Virus record (IMG/VR): IMGVR_UViG_3300002026_002321
Coordinates: 1-55,865 of that record
Source of the DNA: a virus
Lineage: Duplodnaviria > Caudoviricetes
Length of the DNA: 55,865 nucleotides
Strand: one strand, 5' to 3'
The notes beneath the pieces are model-generated. The model ran no database searches. It had not been told where the DNA came from and was given only the letters and a program-made list of their open reading frames with translations. Below are positions 55,697 through 55,865 of the stretch, piece after piece (positions within the stretch are counted from its first letter, which is position 1; each line of letters opens with the position of its first letter). Position numbers and translations under genes: made by a program.

Positions 55697-55865
55697 ATGC
55701 CCACCATCAAAATCGACAATCGCGACTACGACCTCGACAGCCTCTCTGACGATACCAAAGCCCAACTCCAAAGCCTGCGCTTTGTTGACACCGAACTGCA
55801 GCGCCTGCAAGCCCAGACCGCCGTGCTACAAACCGCCCGCATGGCGTATGTCAAAGCTCTGCAAG
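55697..55865 (+). CDS. DUF6447-like small protein, 3'-partial
   Basis: MPTIKIDNRDYDLDSLSDDTKAQLQSLRFVD.EL.RLQAQ.AVLQTAR.AY..AL, open to the window edge. Confidence 0.8.
   Translation, partial: MPTIKIDNRDYDLDSLSDDTKAQLQSLRFVDTELQRLQAQTAVLQTARMAYVKALQ

Overview
Most of the window (about 1-51.4 kb) is the right-hand part of a GC-rich temperate prophage, probably in a betaproteobacterium; its left end lies outside the window. Gene order: replication/recombination module (Cas4-like exonuclease, SF2 helicase, prim-pol/helicase, AT-rich ori-like tract, HNH, RuvC-like, antirepressor); a lambda-like cos region with small terminase and two ParB-fused DNA methyltransferases (one frameshifted); an antisense block of small genes, five of which are preceded by the same fixed-spacing motif; a lambda-type head; a P2-type contractile tail with a PAAR tip and a large DUF4815-like baseplate/fibre protein; a lysis cassette; a low-GC two-gene cargo cassette; a tyrosine integrase with a divergent XRE regulator and a MazEF-type pair. 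Five toxin-antitoxin modules are present (GNAT, three HigBA, MazEF-type). An att-like region (IHF consensus, arm-type repeats, short palindrome) ends at the ATG of a 1382-aa RTX/S-layer-like gene that seems to lack its N-terminal anchor, suggesting integration inside an S-layer gene. Best leads: that junction, the ART-like + DUF6575-like cargo pair, the five-copy promoter-cassette array, and a two-state RNA structure over the HNH ribosome-binding site. Family names come from motif recognition, not database searches.
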